Assembly: GCA_010909165.1 (NCBI GenBank)
Contig: MU008204.1
Location: 79,810 to 143,809, forward strand
Reading direction: 5' to 3'
DNA: 64,000 bases
From: Anthoceros angustus
Taxonomy: Eukaryota; Plantae; Anthocerotophyta
Shown: piece by piece, positions 63,479 to 64,000 of the stretch
Position numbering within the stretch: the stretch's first letter is position 1
How the letters are laid out: each line of letters starts with the position of its first letter
Notes under the pieces: generated by a model
Told to the model about the DNA's origin: nothing
Seen by the model: only the letters and a program-made list of their open reading frames with translations
Databases searched by the model: none
Program-made: the position numbers and the translations under genes

Positions 63479-63838
63479 ATGGCTGCGGCGCCGGGGCCTA
63501 GCAGGACGGCGGAGCCATCGCTCAAACGGAAGCGCGGGCTCTTCGCCAAGGATCTTCGGCTCATGATGTACGGATACGGGGACGATCCGGATCCTATTTC
63601 CGAGAGCGTGCTCCTGGTGGAGGACATTGTGGTGGAGTACATCACCGACATGATGCACAAGGCGCAGGACGTGGCTGCTCGCAGAGGGAAGCTGACCACC
63701 GAGGACATCATGTTCATGGTGCGCAAGGATGCCCGCAAGTTTTCCCGGGTGAAGGAGCTGCTGGCCATGAACGAGGAGCTGAAGCGTGCCAGGAAGGCGT
63801 TTGAGGTGGATGAAGAGAAGATGGCGTATGAGGACTGA
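63479..63838 (+). CDS. TAF13: TFIID subunit 13, intronless
   Basis: KRKRGLFAKDLRLMMYGYGDDPDP...LVEDIVVEYITDM...RGKLTTEDIMFMVRKDARKFSRVKELLAMNEELKRARKAFEVDE. Confidence 0.95.
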   Translation: MAAAPGPSRTAEPSLKRKRGLFAKDLRLMMYGYGDDPDPISESVLLVEDIVVEYITDMMHKAQDVAARRGKLTTEDIMFMVRKDARKFSRVKELLAMNEELKRARKAFEVDEEKMAYED

Positions 63839-64000
63839 GACAGCACCCTGCAAGACCCACCTTGCCTTGCACCTGGATGAGGTGATACCCCAAGGTGCCG
63901 CTTTCCTTCCTCCATACCATCTTCCAGCTCCGTTAGCTATGCCGAAAGACAGGTAACAGCGACGGCTACCTTACTGCCACCATTTACATCTTTTCTCCGA

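Overview
Eukaryotic nuclear DNA from a seed-free land plant. Short GT-AG introns of about 70-110 nt and adjacent DYW:KP-type and WW-type PLS-PPR genes point to a hornwort-like lineage with U-to-C editing (inference). From left to right the window holds: (1) an ~18-exon ABC1K7/SIA1 kinase gene whose 5' end lies in two overlapping tandem duplications; (2) a 23.3-kb Athila-like Ty3/gypsy insertion with the structure LTR-internal-LTR-internal-LTR, ~4.2-4.3-kb LTRs each carrying a decayed ORF, and a single CCCCT target-site duplication; (3) CACTA remnants; (4) a PIF/Harbinger element with TIRs, TAA TSD, trihelix and DDE genes, whose left end is tandemly duplicated; (5) a PHD plus tandem-MBD gene; (6) a secreted, probably GPI-anchored protein with seven Cys-braced LysM repeats; (7) a WW-type PPR; (8) a fold-back element; (9) a DYW:KP PPR that appears to be spliced to an upstream OSB-type PDF-motif exon pair; and (10) an intronless TAF13 in head-to-head orientation. 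Repeat regions are full of 1-nt indels that look like long-read errors, so frameshifts and inter-copy divergence there are not reliable. All calls were made by eye, with no database searches.
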